This document shows positions 28,538 to 38,711 of a stretch of 64,000 nt of DNA, one piece after another. The notes beneath the pieces were generated by a model. The model was not told the DNA's origin. It worked only from the letters and a program-made list of their open reading frames with translations, and did not search any database. The translations under genes and the position numbers were made by a program. The DNA comes from Terriglobia bacterium (GTDB taxonomy: Bacteria > Acidobacteriota > Polarisedimenticolia > Polarisedimenticolales > JAIQFR01). The stretch lies in the NCBI GenBank assembly GCA_963748015.1, contig CAVVHE010000009.1, forward strand, positions 32,001-96,000, written 5' to 3'. The stretch's first letter is position 1. The number at the start of each line of letters is the position of its first letter.

Positions 28538-31190
28538 ATGATCGGTCAGCGCCTCGGGCGCTACGTCGTGCAGGCTCGCGCCGGGTCGGGCGGCATGGGA
28601 GAGGTTTACCTCGCCACCGACACGCAACTCGACCGCCCGGTGGCGCTCAAGGTCCTGCCGCCCGAGCTGTCGGCCGATCCGAACCGCCGGGCGCGGCTGC
28701 TGCGCGAGGCCCGGCTCGCCGCCTCGCTGTCGCACCCGCACGTCGCCACGGTCCACGAGGTCTTCGAGCACGAGGGGATGCTCGTGCTCGCGATGGAGTA
28801 CGTCGAGGGCGAGTCGCTGCGCGAGCGCATCTCGGCCGGTCCGCTGCCCCTGCGCCAGGTGCTGCGAATCGGCGCACAGGTCGCGGACGCGCTCTCGGCC
28901 GCGCACCGCCGCGGCATCGTCCACCGCGACGTGAAGCCCGACAACGTCATGATCACCCCCGACGGCCTGGTCAAGGTGCTCGACTTCGGCCTCGCGAGGG
29001 GGCGCGAGCCCCGGACGGCCGAGGACGTCAGCGACCAGACGATGACGGCGACGCCGCAGCTGAGCGAGGCCGGACAGGTGCTCGGCACCCTCGGCTACCT
29101 CGCGCCCGAGCAGGCGCGTGGTCTGCCCGCGCAGCCCGAGACCGACATCTACGCCCTCGGCGTCACGCTGTACGAGGCCGCCACGGGTCGCAGGCCGTTC
29201 GTCGCCGACTCGACCGCCGGCGTGGTCGCGGCGATCCTCCGCGACTCGCCCCCGCTCGCGTCGTCCCTGAACCCGGAGCTACCGCCCGATCTCGACCGCA
29301 TCCTCGCGCGAGCCATGGCCAAGGAGCCGGCGGAGCGCTACCGCGACGCGAGGGACATGGGGGGCGATCTTCGCGAGCTGCGGCGCAGGATCGAATCCGC
29401 CGATTCCACGGACTCCATGGTCGCGGCGCGACTGCCCCGGCGCCGTCGCTGGCTCCCCTTCGCGGGCGCGGGGGCGGCGGTCGTCGTGATCGCGGCCGCC
29501 CTGTTCGCGTGGCGTGCCACGCATCGCGAGACGACGCCGAAGGGCCTGCCGTCGCCGGGCCAGCTGCGGGTGCTGATGTCCACCGAGGGGCCGGTGGAGG
29601 GCGTCGCCCTCTCGCGGGACGGCAAGATGCTCGCGTACGCGGCGGAGGACGGCGGCCGCGTGGATCTCTTCGTTTCGCGCACGGGAGGTGGCGGCCGCGT
29701 CCGGCTCACCGACGACAGCGCGCGGGAAGAGGACCCCGTCTTCTCTCCCGACGGCGACCGCCTCGCGTTCACCCGCTGGAATCCAGCCAGCGGAGAGCCC
29801 GAGATCCGCGTGGCTCCCGCGCTCGGCGGCGAGGCGCGGCTGATCCACGAGAGCGCGCAGTCGCCGGCCTGGTCCCCGGACGGCTCGCGGCTCGCATGCA
29901 TCTCGCGGCGCCCCGACGGGCGGTCCGCGCTCGTGACGATCGCGAGCGACGGCAGCGCGCAGCGCGAGCTCCTCGCGGCCAGCGCGGACTACCCGTTCCT
30001 GCGCGCCGTGGACTGGTCGCCCGACGGGTCCATGCTCGTGGTGGAGCGCAGCCAGGGTGGGATGGCGGGCGAGCTCTGGCTCGTGCCCGCCGGGGGCGGC
30101 GCCGCCCGGCGCGCCGTCCAGGATCCGCCGGGAGTGGTCAGCCACTCGCCGGTCTTCGCGGGAAACGGACGAAGCGTCGTCTACTCCTCGAATCGCGGCG
30201 GGGCGCTGAACCTCTGGAGCCTGCCGATCGATCCCCCCGGCGAGCCCGCGCGTCTCACCAGCGGGCCGGGTCCGGACATCCAGCCCACCGTATCCGCCGA
30301 CGGCAGGATCGCGTTCGTCAACGCGCGATCCCGCACCGCGCTGCTCGTGCTCGGCCTCGACACGGGCGAGGTGCGGGAGCTTCTGCGCGGATCGGCGCTC
30401 ATCTGGGGGCCTTCCTTCTCTCCCGACGGCCGGGAGATCGCCTTCGACCGGGGAGAGCCCAACGGCGAGTGGCACATCTGGATCGTCCCGGCCGAGGGAG
30501 GAACCGCGCGGCAGCTCACCTCGGGCGCCCTCCGGGAGATGTACCCGCGGTTCACGCCGGACGGAGCGTCGGTGCTTTTCAATCACTGGACGCCCGGGCC
30601 CGACGGCGTCTGGCGCGTGCCCCGCGCCGGCGGCCCGCCCGTCGCCGTGACCCCCGCGCGCGACGGCGACGACAGCTGGGCGGACGTGTCGCCCGACGGC
30701 AAGTGGATCGTTTTCACCCGCACCGAGGGGAACACGGACCGCATCTACCTCGCGGAGCTCGAGAGCGCGGGCGCGGCGCGGCCGCTGGCCGACGCTCCCT
30801 CGACGGTGGCGAAGTGGTCTCCGGACGGCAGCCTCATCGCCTACGCGCCCGACCGGACGCTCGAGGGCGCCGTCCGCGTCGTGCGCCCGGACGGCTCGGG
30901 CAGCCGCGTCGTCGCGTCCCCCGGCGGCTGGCCGTTCTGGTTCGCCGACGGGAAGCGCCTCGGCTACCTCGCGGTCGGCAAGGACGCCAACGCGGAGATC
31001 CGCGTCGTGCGCGTCGACGGCGGCGGGCCTCCCGAGCGGCTCGACGGTATCCGCTTCCGCGGGACGAACTACCCGTGCAGCGTCTCCCGCGACGGGCGCT
31101 TTCTCGCGACCGCCAACGCCGTGGACACGACCTCGGAGCCGACATCTGGCTGCCTCCGAGCCTTCTCGGAACGCACCTCCACGGGCCTAG
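28538..31190 (+). CDS. Ser/Thr protein kinase with TM segment and TolB-like (PD40) beta-propellers; apparent indels at the extreme C-terminus
   Basis: Motifs GSGGMGEVY, VALK, HRDVKPDN, DFGLA and APEQ, with repeated SPDG. The expected ADIWL end lies out of frame near 31138. Confidence 0.9.
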
Positions 31191-33028
31191 CCCCGGCCGT
31201 GCTCGCGAAGCCACAGCTCGGTGAAGAGGGCGCCCCAGAGGAAGTTGAGGACGGAGTGCCGCAGCGTTCTCCCCTGCGCCGCGTCCGATAGCAGCTCCTC
31301 GAGCACGCGCGACGGCACGACCTCGGCCACGGCGGCGCCGGGATCGAGCAGCACCTCGCGCGCCCTGCGGTTGAACTCGCCCTGCGCGAGCCAGCGAGCG
31401 AAGGGCGGCACGAACCCGCTCTTCCTGCGGTAGATGAACGACGGCGGCATGAACTCCTCGAGCAGCTTCTTGAGGGGCCACTTCACGACGCCGTCGCGGA
31501 TCTTGGCGTCCCACGGGATCCTTCCCTGCTCGACGAGGATCTCCCGCCACAGGTAGGGGTACACCACGCGGATCCCCAGGCTCTCGCCGACCGAGAGCGC
31601 CTTCGCGGCCCACCGACGGCTGTTCACGTGCATGAGCTGCCGGATCGTCGTGAGGGTCCGGTAGCTCGGGCGCCCGGCGTCCTCGCCGCAGGAGGAGAAG
31701 ACCTCCTCGAGCATCGTCGCGAGCTCGCCGTCCCACCCGGGCGCGGTCTTCAATCCGAGGTACGCCACGGGCGCGACCACGAGGAAGTAGGTCAGCGCCG
31801 ACTTTTCGTGCACGTCGGCGAGGGCCGAGAGGCGCGCGAGCAATCCCTCTTGCGATTCCCACTTCCAGTGGGGGAAGCGGACCATGGCGAGGGACAGCGC
31901 GCGCTTGAGGCCGGCGGGGAAGCGGTGCTTCATCGCGAACTTCGACTCGTTGCCGAGGTCACCGAAGCCGAAGCAGTCGTCGCCGCCGTTGCACTCGACG
32001 AGCGGGGCGGAAGCGCCCGCTCGCTCGCGAGCGTGCTTCAGGAGGAACGCGATCGGCAGGCTCGAGAAATCCGCGAACGGATGGTCGGTGAGCTTCGCCG
32101 CCTCGTCGAGGGCCGCGAGCGCGTCCGGCGTCTCCATCCTGGCGACGTCGAGCTCGGCGCCGAGCCGCCCGGCGATGCGCTCCGCGAACTCCCGCTCGGG
32201 GTCCTCGCCGCCGAACGCGCAGTAGAACGACCGGAGGGGCCCGCCGCCGCTCTCGCTCAGGTAGCAGCCGTAGAGGCTCGAATCGATCCCCCCGCTCAGC
32301 AGCATCAGGGGGCGCGACGGCGCCAGGAATCGCGCGGAGCGCCGAAGGGCCTCCTTCGCCGGAGCGAGGAGCTCGTCGTCGCCGCGGTTGCTCCGCGGCC
32401 CGCTGTCGCAGGGGAACCGCAGCTTGAAGAACGGGGCGGTCCGCTGCGAGCCGGCGCCCACGCCGTACGTGAGCGCGTGCGCCGGAGGGACCGCGCGGAC
32501 ATTGGCGCCGATCGTCATCGGCTCGGGGATCGCCCCGTACTTGAGGTTCGCGTAGATCGCGATGGGGCTGACCTCGCACCCCACGACGCCCAGCAGGAAG
32601 CGCAGGTCGGACGAGAAGACGATTCCTCCCTTCGCCGCGTGGTAGTACATCCGCCCCGATCCGGCTCGCTGGGACACGAGGAGGAGCGTCGTCTCCGTGC
32701 CTCGCCGGCTCGCGACCGCCATGCGGAAATCGCTCGAGATCGTGTCGAGCGCGGCGAGGGCGTACTGCCGGAAGCGCGGAACGAACTCGGACGCCAGGTC
32801 GAGCGCGCGGTACTCGCCCCCCTCGCCCGACGCCACCAGCAGGTCCTGGCTCACCGCGACGACGTCGTCCGAGACCGACGAAGCGGTCCGGCGATCCCGG
32901 AAGGGCTCGTCGTGGAAGAGGAACCCGGCGTCCCAGATCGGGACCGTCGCGAAGCCCGAGGCGAGCCGGGCGGCAAGGCGACGATCGAGATCCTCGTCTC
33001 GCTCGCGATGGATGTATCCGCCGATCAT
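31187..33028 (-). CDS. Asparagine-synthetase-like ATP pyrophosphatase lacking the N-terminal catalytic Cys
   Basis: Motifs LLSGGIDSS, GGDDCFG and RRKSGF. The N-terminus MIGGY has no Cys. Confidence 0.82.
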   Translation of the reverse strand: MIGGYIHRERDEDLDRRLAARLASGFATVPIWDAGFLFHDEPFRDRRTASSVSDDVVAVSQDLLVASGEGGEYRALDLASEFVPRFRQYALAALDTISSDFRMAVASRRGTETTLLLVSQRAGSGRMYYHAAKGGIVFSSDLRFLLGVVGCEVSPIAIYANLKYGAIPEPMTIGANVRAVPPAHALTYGVGAGSQRTAPFFKLRFPCDSGPRSNRGDDELLAPAKEALRRSARFLAPSRPLMLLSGGIDSSLYGCYLSESGGGPLRSFYCAFGGEDPEREFAERIAGRLGAELDVARMETPDALAALDEAAKLTDHPFADFSSLPIAFLLKHARERAGASAPLVECNGGDDCFGFGDLGNESKFAMKHRFPAGLKRALSLAMVRFPHWKWESQEGLLARLSALADVHEKSALTYFLVVAPVAYLGLKTAPGWDGELATMLEEVFSSCGEDAGRPSYRTLTTIRQLMHVNSRRWAAKALSVGESLGIRVVYPYLWREILVEQGRIPWDAKIRDGVVKWPLKKLLEEFMPPSFIYRRKSGFVPPFARWLAQGEFNRRAREVLLDPGAAVAEVVPSRVLEELLSDAAQGRTLRHSVLNFLWGALFTELWLREHGRG

Positions 33029-33567
33029 CGGTCCTCCCCCCCTTGCCGCGGCGGCGGGGCGGGTCCCGCGGTCGCCGGCCCCCAGCGGCCTCGCTCTGCC
33101 GCCCGGGCCTTCTTCTCCGCCGCCCTGTAGCGATCCTCGCGCGTGAACGCGAACCGCGTGTAGGCCCGCGCGAAGCCCTCGCGGATCATCTCCTCGTTGA
33201 AATCGGTCCCGTCGTCGAGGACGACGTAGCGGAGCAGCCGGCCGTACTTGTCTCGGTTGCTGCAGAGGCGGTCGCGCTCGAGGGCGACGGTCTTGCCGAG
33301 GAGGCGCGAGCGGGCAAAGGCGCGCGCGTCGTACGCGAGGTCCCGCCAGGCGTGGCGCTCGTCCTTGAGCTCGGGCGCGTCGATCCCGATGAGGCGGACC
33401 TTCTCCTTCACCCCCTCGAGCCGGACCGTGACCGTGTCGCCGTCGGAGACCCACACGACCCTGCCGGTCTCGACGCGGGTGGAGGCGATGGAAAGGGAGG
33501 AGAGGAACAGGGCGATGCCGGCTCCCGCCAGGAGCCGGCCTAGCGCCACGCGAATCGACGCCGTCAT
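33025..33567 (-). CDS. Secreted thermonuclease (SNase family)
   Basis: Motifs SDGDT, VRLIGIDAPE, DKYGRLLRYV and A...RGRW. Confidence 0.93.
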   Translation of the reverse strand: MTASIRVALGRLLAGAGIALFLSSLSIASTRVETGRVVWVSDGDTVTVRLEGVKEKVRLIGIDAPELKDERHAWRDLAYDARAFARSRLLGKTVALERDRLCSNRDKYGRLLRYVVLDDGTDFNEEMIREGFARAYTRFAFTREDRYRAAEKKARAAERGRWGPATAGPAPPPRQGGEDR

Positions 33568-33589
33568 GGCGCCATTATAGGTGGCGCGA

Positions 33590-34423
33590 TCAGATCCGGT
33601 GGAGCGGTCGGAGCTTCTTCGGGGGCGCGGAGCCGATGCGTCCGGTGCGGAGCATCTGGCGGAGCCGGGAGATGGCCTCGCTCTCGATCTGCCGAACGCG
33701 CTCGCCGCTCAGCCCGAGGCGCTTGCCCACCTTCGTCAGGGATTGCCCCTTGGCACCGTCGAGCCCGAACCTGAGGCGGAGGACGTCGCGCTCCCTCGGC
33801 GCGAGCAGCGCGAGCGCGCGGCCGACGAGCAGGAGGGCCTGCTCGCGGATCACGGCGTCCTCGGGGCTCGGGAGGAGCTTGTCGGCGAGGGAATCGGACA
33901 GGCGGTCGTCGCGGTCGTGGCCGACCGGCGCATCGATCCAGAGCTCCCTCATCTGGGACTGCATCAGCCGCTGGACGGACTCGACGCTTCGCGAGAGCCG
34001 CTCGGAGATCTCCGTGGTGTCCGGCCGGCGCCCGAGCTCGTGGCCGAGCGTCTGCTCCGCGTCGCGGACCCGGCGGATCTCCTTTCGCTGGTACTCGGGG
34101 AGGCGGACTACCCGCGTGTGCTCGGCGAGCGCCCTGAGAATCGAGCGGCGTATCCACCAGACGGCGTAGGTGACGAACTTGTTGCCGCGGGCCACGTCGA
34201 AACGGTAGGCCGCCTCGACGAGGCCGACGTTGCCCTCGTTGAGCAGGTCCTCGAACGGCATCCCCATCCCGCGGTATTCCGACGCGACCTTCGCGACGAA
34301 GCTCATGTTGGACTGGATCAGGTCGTCGAAGCTCTCGCGGCTTGCCGTGGCAGGCCGGACCGACGGTGTCGGGACCTCGGCGTCGAGCTCTCGCCGAGCC
34401 GCGCTCGCCTCACCGTGGATCAT
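33590..34423 (-). CDS. Alternative sigma-70 factor (RpoD/RpoS-like regions 2-4, no region 1)
   Basis: Motifs DLLNEGNVGL, KFVTYAVWWIR, LRFGLD and ERVRQIE. Confidence 0.9.
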   Translation of the reverse strand: MIHGEASAARRELDAEVPTPSVRPATASRESFDDLIQSNMSFVAKVASEYRGMGMPFEDLLNEGNVGLVEAAYRFDVARGNKFVTYAVWWIRRSILRALAEHTRVVRLPEYQRKEIRRVRDAEQTLGHELGRRPDTTEISERLSRSVESVQRLMQSQMRELWIDAPVGHDRDDRLSDSLADKLLPSPEDAVIREQALLLVGRALALLAPRERDVLRLRFGLDGAKGQSLTKVGKRLGLSGERVRQIESEAISRLRQMLRTGRIGSAPPKKLRPLHRI

Positions 34424-34635
34424 CGAAGCGCCCTCCCCTTCCTCCTGAGATGCAGCGGCCCTCCCCGACGCAACACGGATATTGTTGATCCTTGAAGATC
34501 ATTATACATCCTAGACTACAAATCTTTCAACCGCGAAGAGGGTGGAGGGGATGCCAGGGGTTTCGCCGGGGAGAATGGGCGCGGTCGGGCTCGTCGAGAC
34601 GAAAGCGAGACGAAGCTTGGGCTCGGCCCCGGTCG

Positions 34636-34962
34636 TCACACCCCGGAATCGTAGGCGGCGAGGGCGGCGGGCAAGACCTGGGTGACCCCGAGTCCGGCGG
34701 CCGGCAGGCCGATCAGGACGGCGCCGATCACCTCGTCCCGCGTCGCGCCGGCTTCCCTGGCCAGCCGCGCGTGGAAGGGCACGCCGCTCTCGAGTCTCAG
34801 GGCGGCGAGTACCGACAGGTACGCGAGCCGGGCGGTCTTGGGGTCGAGGGCGGTGGCCGACGCGAGCCCCTGCACCGCCGCGTTCCATGCTTCCGCGTGC
34901 CCCGGCGCCTCCGTCAAGAAGGCTCGAAACGCCGCGCTGACTCCTGCGAGAGGGTCTCCCAT
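34636..34962 (-). CDS. Carboxymuconolactone decarboxylase (CMD/AhpD-like) protein
   Basis: ALDPKTARLAYL...GVPFHARLAREAGATRDEV. Confidence 0.85.
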   Translation of the reverse strand: MGDPLAGVSAAFRAFLTEAPGHAEAWNAAVQGLASATALDPKTARLAYLSVLAALRLESGVPFHARLAREAGATRDEVIGAVLIGLPAAGLGVTQVLPAALAAYDSGV

Positions 34963-35072
34963 GCGTGCTCCTCCGTTGGGGCGAGGGTTGCGAACGCGCA
35001 ACCGCCGGGTATTGTCGCCCAACCGGAGGTCGTGTAAGAAGGGCCGACTGCCGGCGGGGCGGCGGAGTGCTC

Positions 35073-36300
35073 ATGGCGGAGAATTGCGCGGTCGCCTTCG
35101 GGCGCTACCTGAGGATGCTCCGGGAGCGTCGCGGCCTGTCCCTCGACGACGTGGCGACGATGTCCCGCTCCCTCGCCGATCCCGTGGACAAGAGCTACCT
35201 CTCCCGCTGCGAGAACGGCCGCCACGGCATCGGTTTCTCGAAAGCCATCACGCTGAGCCGCATCTACGGCGTCCCCACCGAGGTCCTCGCCGAGCGCCTG
35301 GAGCTCGACACCGAGCTCGACCGCATCGGCGGCCCCGACACGTCGGGCCTGACGCCACGGCGAGCTGCAGAAGCGGGGGGTGGCGGCGTCGAATCGCGGC
35401 GCCGCGTTGGGACGCTTACGCGAACTTCAGGGACTCGGTGCATCTCGCGCTGCGCGCCGAGCTATCGCCGACGTTCCGGGACGCCGAGGAGCAGCATCTC
35501 ATCGCGTGCATGAACGTGAGCACGGCGGCGGGGCGGCTGGGGAGGTCTCGTTTCGCGCTGCACGAGCTGGAGTACATTCGCGCGCGGAATCACCTCGGTG
35601 CTGGACCTCGAGCCTCTGCTTCTGGATCTGCTGTCCTGGCGATACAGGGTTCTTGGCGAGACTGGAGAAGGCTCGACGCCTCGCAGACGAGGCCGTAACG
35701 CAAAGCTGAGCAGGACGGGTTCCGTCTCGGCGCGTGGCTATGCGTACGCGAATCGAGCCCGTCTGGCTTGTCACGAGAGGGACTTCCGGAAGGCGATCTC
35801 GCTGTATCAGGTTGCGTTCAAGGCGCACGAGCAGGCTGGCACGATCGAACGAGTGCGCCCGTGCGCTTACTCAACATCGCGAACGCCTATGTCGAAATCG
35901 GGAGCGGCCGACGGTCCGCGCGAGCGAGCACTGGCATCGGCGGAGCGACTTGCCGCATCGGTCGGCGACACGCGGGCACGCGTGCTCAACCGGATCTGCT
36001 CGGGGAAATTCGGAGGCCGATGGACGGATCGACAGGCATCGCGACGACTGGCACGAAGCGGTCGATCTGGCGAAGAGCCTTAACGACAAGATCCTTCAGT
36101 TCAAGGCGGAGTTCTGCCTCTATCGCCAGGCCGTCGCAGCGGAGACGAAGAGGACACCGCGAGAGCGCTCGGAAGAAGGCTACTGAGACTCGCCGCGTGG
36201 ATCCCGCAGACGTCGAGGAACTGGCGCAGTTCAAGGAACTGTCGGACGATTTCGATCCAGCGAGCGAGAAGGCGCGTTCCCGCCACGGCAACCTCAGCCC
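35073..36300 (+). pseudogene. XRE-HTH plus TPR-like regulator, multiply frameshifted (pseudogene or sequencing indels)
   Basis: HTH segment FGRYLRMLRERRGLSLDDVA...YLSRCENG. Helical TPR-like fragments follow in alternating frames (GYAYANRA...KAISLYQVAF; LLNIANAYVEIG; WHEAVDLAKSLNDK). End approximate. Confidence 0.65.
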
Positions 36301-36767
36301 TTGCCTCGTCGCAACAGATCATCGCTGCCCCCTTGAATCGATTCCCAACGAAGGGTACAACGTCGCAGCGTTCTCGAACTGCACAGGAGGTACCCATGAG
36401 CGCGAGAGATGTCCTCGCTGCCTCTTGCTAGTCTCGTGGTCGCTGCATGGTGTCATCGGGGAACTGGTTTACGCGGAGGAAAACTCCCTCGATGCCCTCC
36501 CCTCCTGCCGCACTGCGCAGCTCGAACCGCGGACCGACACTTGCAGCGTCCGCCCATTCCGTGCGGGTGAATTGCCAGATCGTTGACGATCGGCGATCCG
36601 TTCCCGTCGGGCCAACGCCGAAGCGCGCGTGATCCGATGAAGTGAGAGCGGTACGCGGGTGCCGCGGTGGGCAGGAACGGGCTGACTCGACTCTTGGAAA
36701 GGCAGCGCAGCACCCATCGCTGAGCCGATACGCCCTGGCGAAACGAGCTGCTGCTCCGCCTCCTCCC

Positions 36768-37157
36768 TCAATTCACCGAATAAGGCTCGCTGAGGGCGAA
36801 GGGGGCGATCTCGACGTCGAAGAGGTCGCCGCGCGGCGTGACCATCTGGTAGGTGCCGTGCATCGAGCCGAAGGGGGTGGAGAGCGGGCAGGCGGAGGTG
36901 TACTCGAAGCGTTCGCCGGGGTCGATGACGGGCTGTTCGCCGATCACGCCGGGGCCCTGGACCTCCTCGACGTTCCCGTTGGAGTCGGTGATGATCCAGT
37001 GCCGGCTGAGCAACTGCGCGCGCTCGTCCCCCTCGTTCTCGATCGTCACCGTGTAGGCGAAGAACCACCTACTGTCCTCGGGGCTCGAGTGATCGGAAAT
37101 GTACTTCGCGCGGACCTTCACGCGGATCCCGCGCGTCACGGCCTCGGACGTCGTCAT
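36768..37157 (-). CDS. apaG: ApaG protein
   Basis: Motifs FAYTVTIEN, LLSRHWIITD, GPGVIGEQP and GSMHGTY. Confidence 0.95.
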   Translation of the reverse strand: MTTSEAVTRGIRVKVRAKYISDHSSPEDSRWFFAYTVTIENEGDERAQLLSRHWIITDSNGNVEEVQGPGVIGEQPVIDPGERFEYTSACPLSTPFGSMHGTYQMVTPRGDLFDVEIAPFALSEPYSVN

Positions 37158-37274
37158 GCTCTCCCCCGACCGTCCTTCCTGGACGTCCTTACACTATTCG
37201 CTGGCGCCCGGCCGCGCAAATGGCCGCGGGCGGGGCCCGGGAGCCGCGGCGGGGTGTGTTATTCTCCGGCGCCG

Positions 37275-38711
37275 ATGGAAACCCCGGGCCCCGATTCCAC
37301 CCGCATCCTGGCGAGCCACCTCTACGATTTCGCGGTCTGCGAGCACCGGATCGCCCTCGACGTGAAGCTGGACCGGTCGCTGCGCACGCCGCCCGACGCG
37401 GCGATGCGCCTCCTCGCGGAGCACGGCAGGCGCTTCGAGGAGCGGATCGCGAAGGAGCTGGGCTACCCCGAGGTCCGGGTCGAGGCGGGGGATTACAGAG
37501 CGGCCGCGGCGGCGACGCGGGACCTCATGCGGCGCGGCGTGCCGGGGATCTACCAGGGAGTGCTCCGCTCCGGGCGCATGCTCGCGCAACCCGATCTCCT
37601 CGAGCGGGCCGACGGCGCGTCGGCACTGGGCCCCTTCCACTACGTCGCCGGCGACGTGAAGTCCGCCGTCGCCGCGCGCTCGGACGCGGCGCTCCAGGTC
37701 GCCTTCGCGGCCTCGCTTCTCGAAACGGAGCAGGGGCGCGCGCCGGAGACGGGGTTTCTCGTCCTCGGAGACGGAACGCGCGAGCTGTTCGAGCCCTCCT
37801 CGATCCGAGAGTCGCTCCGCCTGGCACTCGACCGCGTGACCGAGATCGCCGACGGTCTGGACTCGACCTTTCCTTTCTTCTCCCGCCACTGCGCCCGCTG
37901 CCGCTGGAGGGGCGAGTGCCTCCCCGGCATCGTCCGCGGGCGGGACATCTCGCTGGTCCACGGTCTCACCCGGACGCGCCACCGCGTGCTGCGCCGCCAC
38001 GGGATCGTCACGGTCGAGGACCTCTCGGGCGCCGACCGCGCCGCCCTCGAGCGCGCCGGCGCCCCCACCGACGGGCTCGATCGCCTGAAGCGGCAGGCGC
38101 GCGCGCTGATGGAGTCGCGCCCGGCCGGGCGCCGTCACGTGAAGGTCGCGGCGGGAACGCGCCGCGAGTACTACCTTCGGATCGAGAGCGACCCGCTCGA
38201 CCCCGGGGACGCGTTCCTCTTCGCGTGGGGGTCCGGCCCGGCGCAAGGCGGTCCGCTCGAGATCACCGGCGCCGCGCTCGGGGGAGGGCCCGAGGACCGC
38301 GAGCGGTCGTTCCGCAGGCTCCTCGAAGCCCTCGACGCGGGCCGCTCGCGCGATCCGATCCATCACTTCGGCAGTTCGACCGCCAAGGCGTTCGACGCCT
38401 GCGCGGAAGAGCTGTCGCTCGACCCGGCGCTGATCGGCGGCGTCGAGGGGAGGATGGTGGACCTCTCCCCGGCGATCCGGCGCGCGGCGGCGCTGCCGGT
38501 GCATCTCTACCGCTTCGACGAGGTGGCGGCCGTCGTCCGGGGCGAGCCGTGCCCCGCCCCCGACGCGCCCGAGGACGCGCTCTTCGTGGACTTCGCCAAC
38601 CTGCGCGAGGCGGCCGACCCGTCCCCGCTGCGCGACCGCCTCCTCGCGGCGGGCGGCGCGGCCGTCGAGTCGCTCCGCGCGATCCGGTGCTGGCTGGAGC
38701 CGTCGCCATGA
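37275..38711 (+). CDS. TM0106-family RecB-like (PD-(D/E)xK) nuclease
   Basis: QPDLLER and DVKS catalytic motifs, an N-terminal Cys plus CARCRWRGEC, an HhH-like segment and a degenerate RNase H-like tail. Confidence 0.82.
   Translation: METPGPDSTRILASHLYDFAVCEHRIALDVKLDRSLRTPPDAAMRLLAEHGRRFEERIAKELGYPEVRVEAGDYRAAAAATRDLMRRGVPGIYQGVLRSGRMLAQPDLLERADGASALGPFHYVAGDVKSAVAARSDAALQVAFAASLLETEQGRAPETGFLVLGDGTRELFEPSSIRESLRLALDRVTEIADGLDSTFPFFSRHCARCRWRGECLPGIVRGRDISLVHGLTRTRHRVLRRHGIVTVEDLSGADRAALERAGAPTDGLDRLKRQARALMESRPAGRRHVKVAAGTRREYYLRIESDPLDPGDAFLFAWGSGPAQGGPLEITGAALGGGPEDRERSFRRLLEALDAGRSRDPIHHFGSSTAKAFDACAEELSLDPALIGGVEGRMVDLSPAIRRAAALPVHLYRFDEVAAVVRGEPCPAPDAPEDALFVDFANLREAADPSPLRDRLLAAGGAAVESLRAIRCWLEPSP

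Noticed and set aside
31130..31291. Extended kinase C-terminus overlapping the convergent gene by ~100 bp
   Set aside because: Better explained by small indels, since the expected ADIWL ending is in another frame.
31187..33028. Lasso peptide cluster
   Set aside because: No precursor, B1/B2 or transporter genes are adjacent.
37275..38711. Cas4/CRISPR locus
   Set aside because: No repeat-spacer array or other cas genes were seen in the window. The protein fits TM0106.
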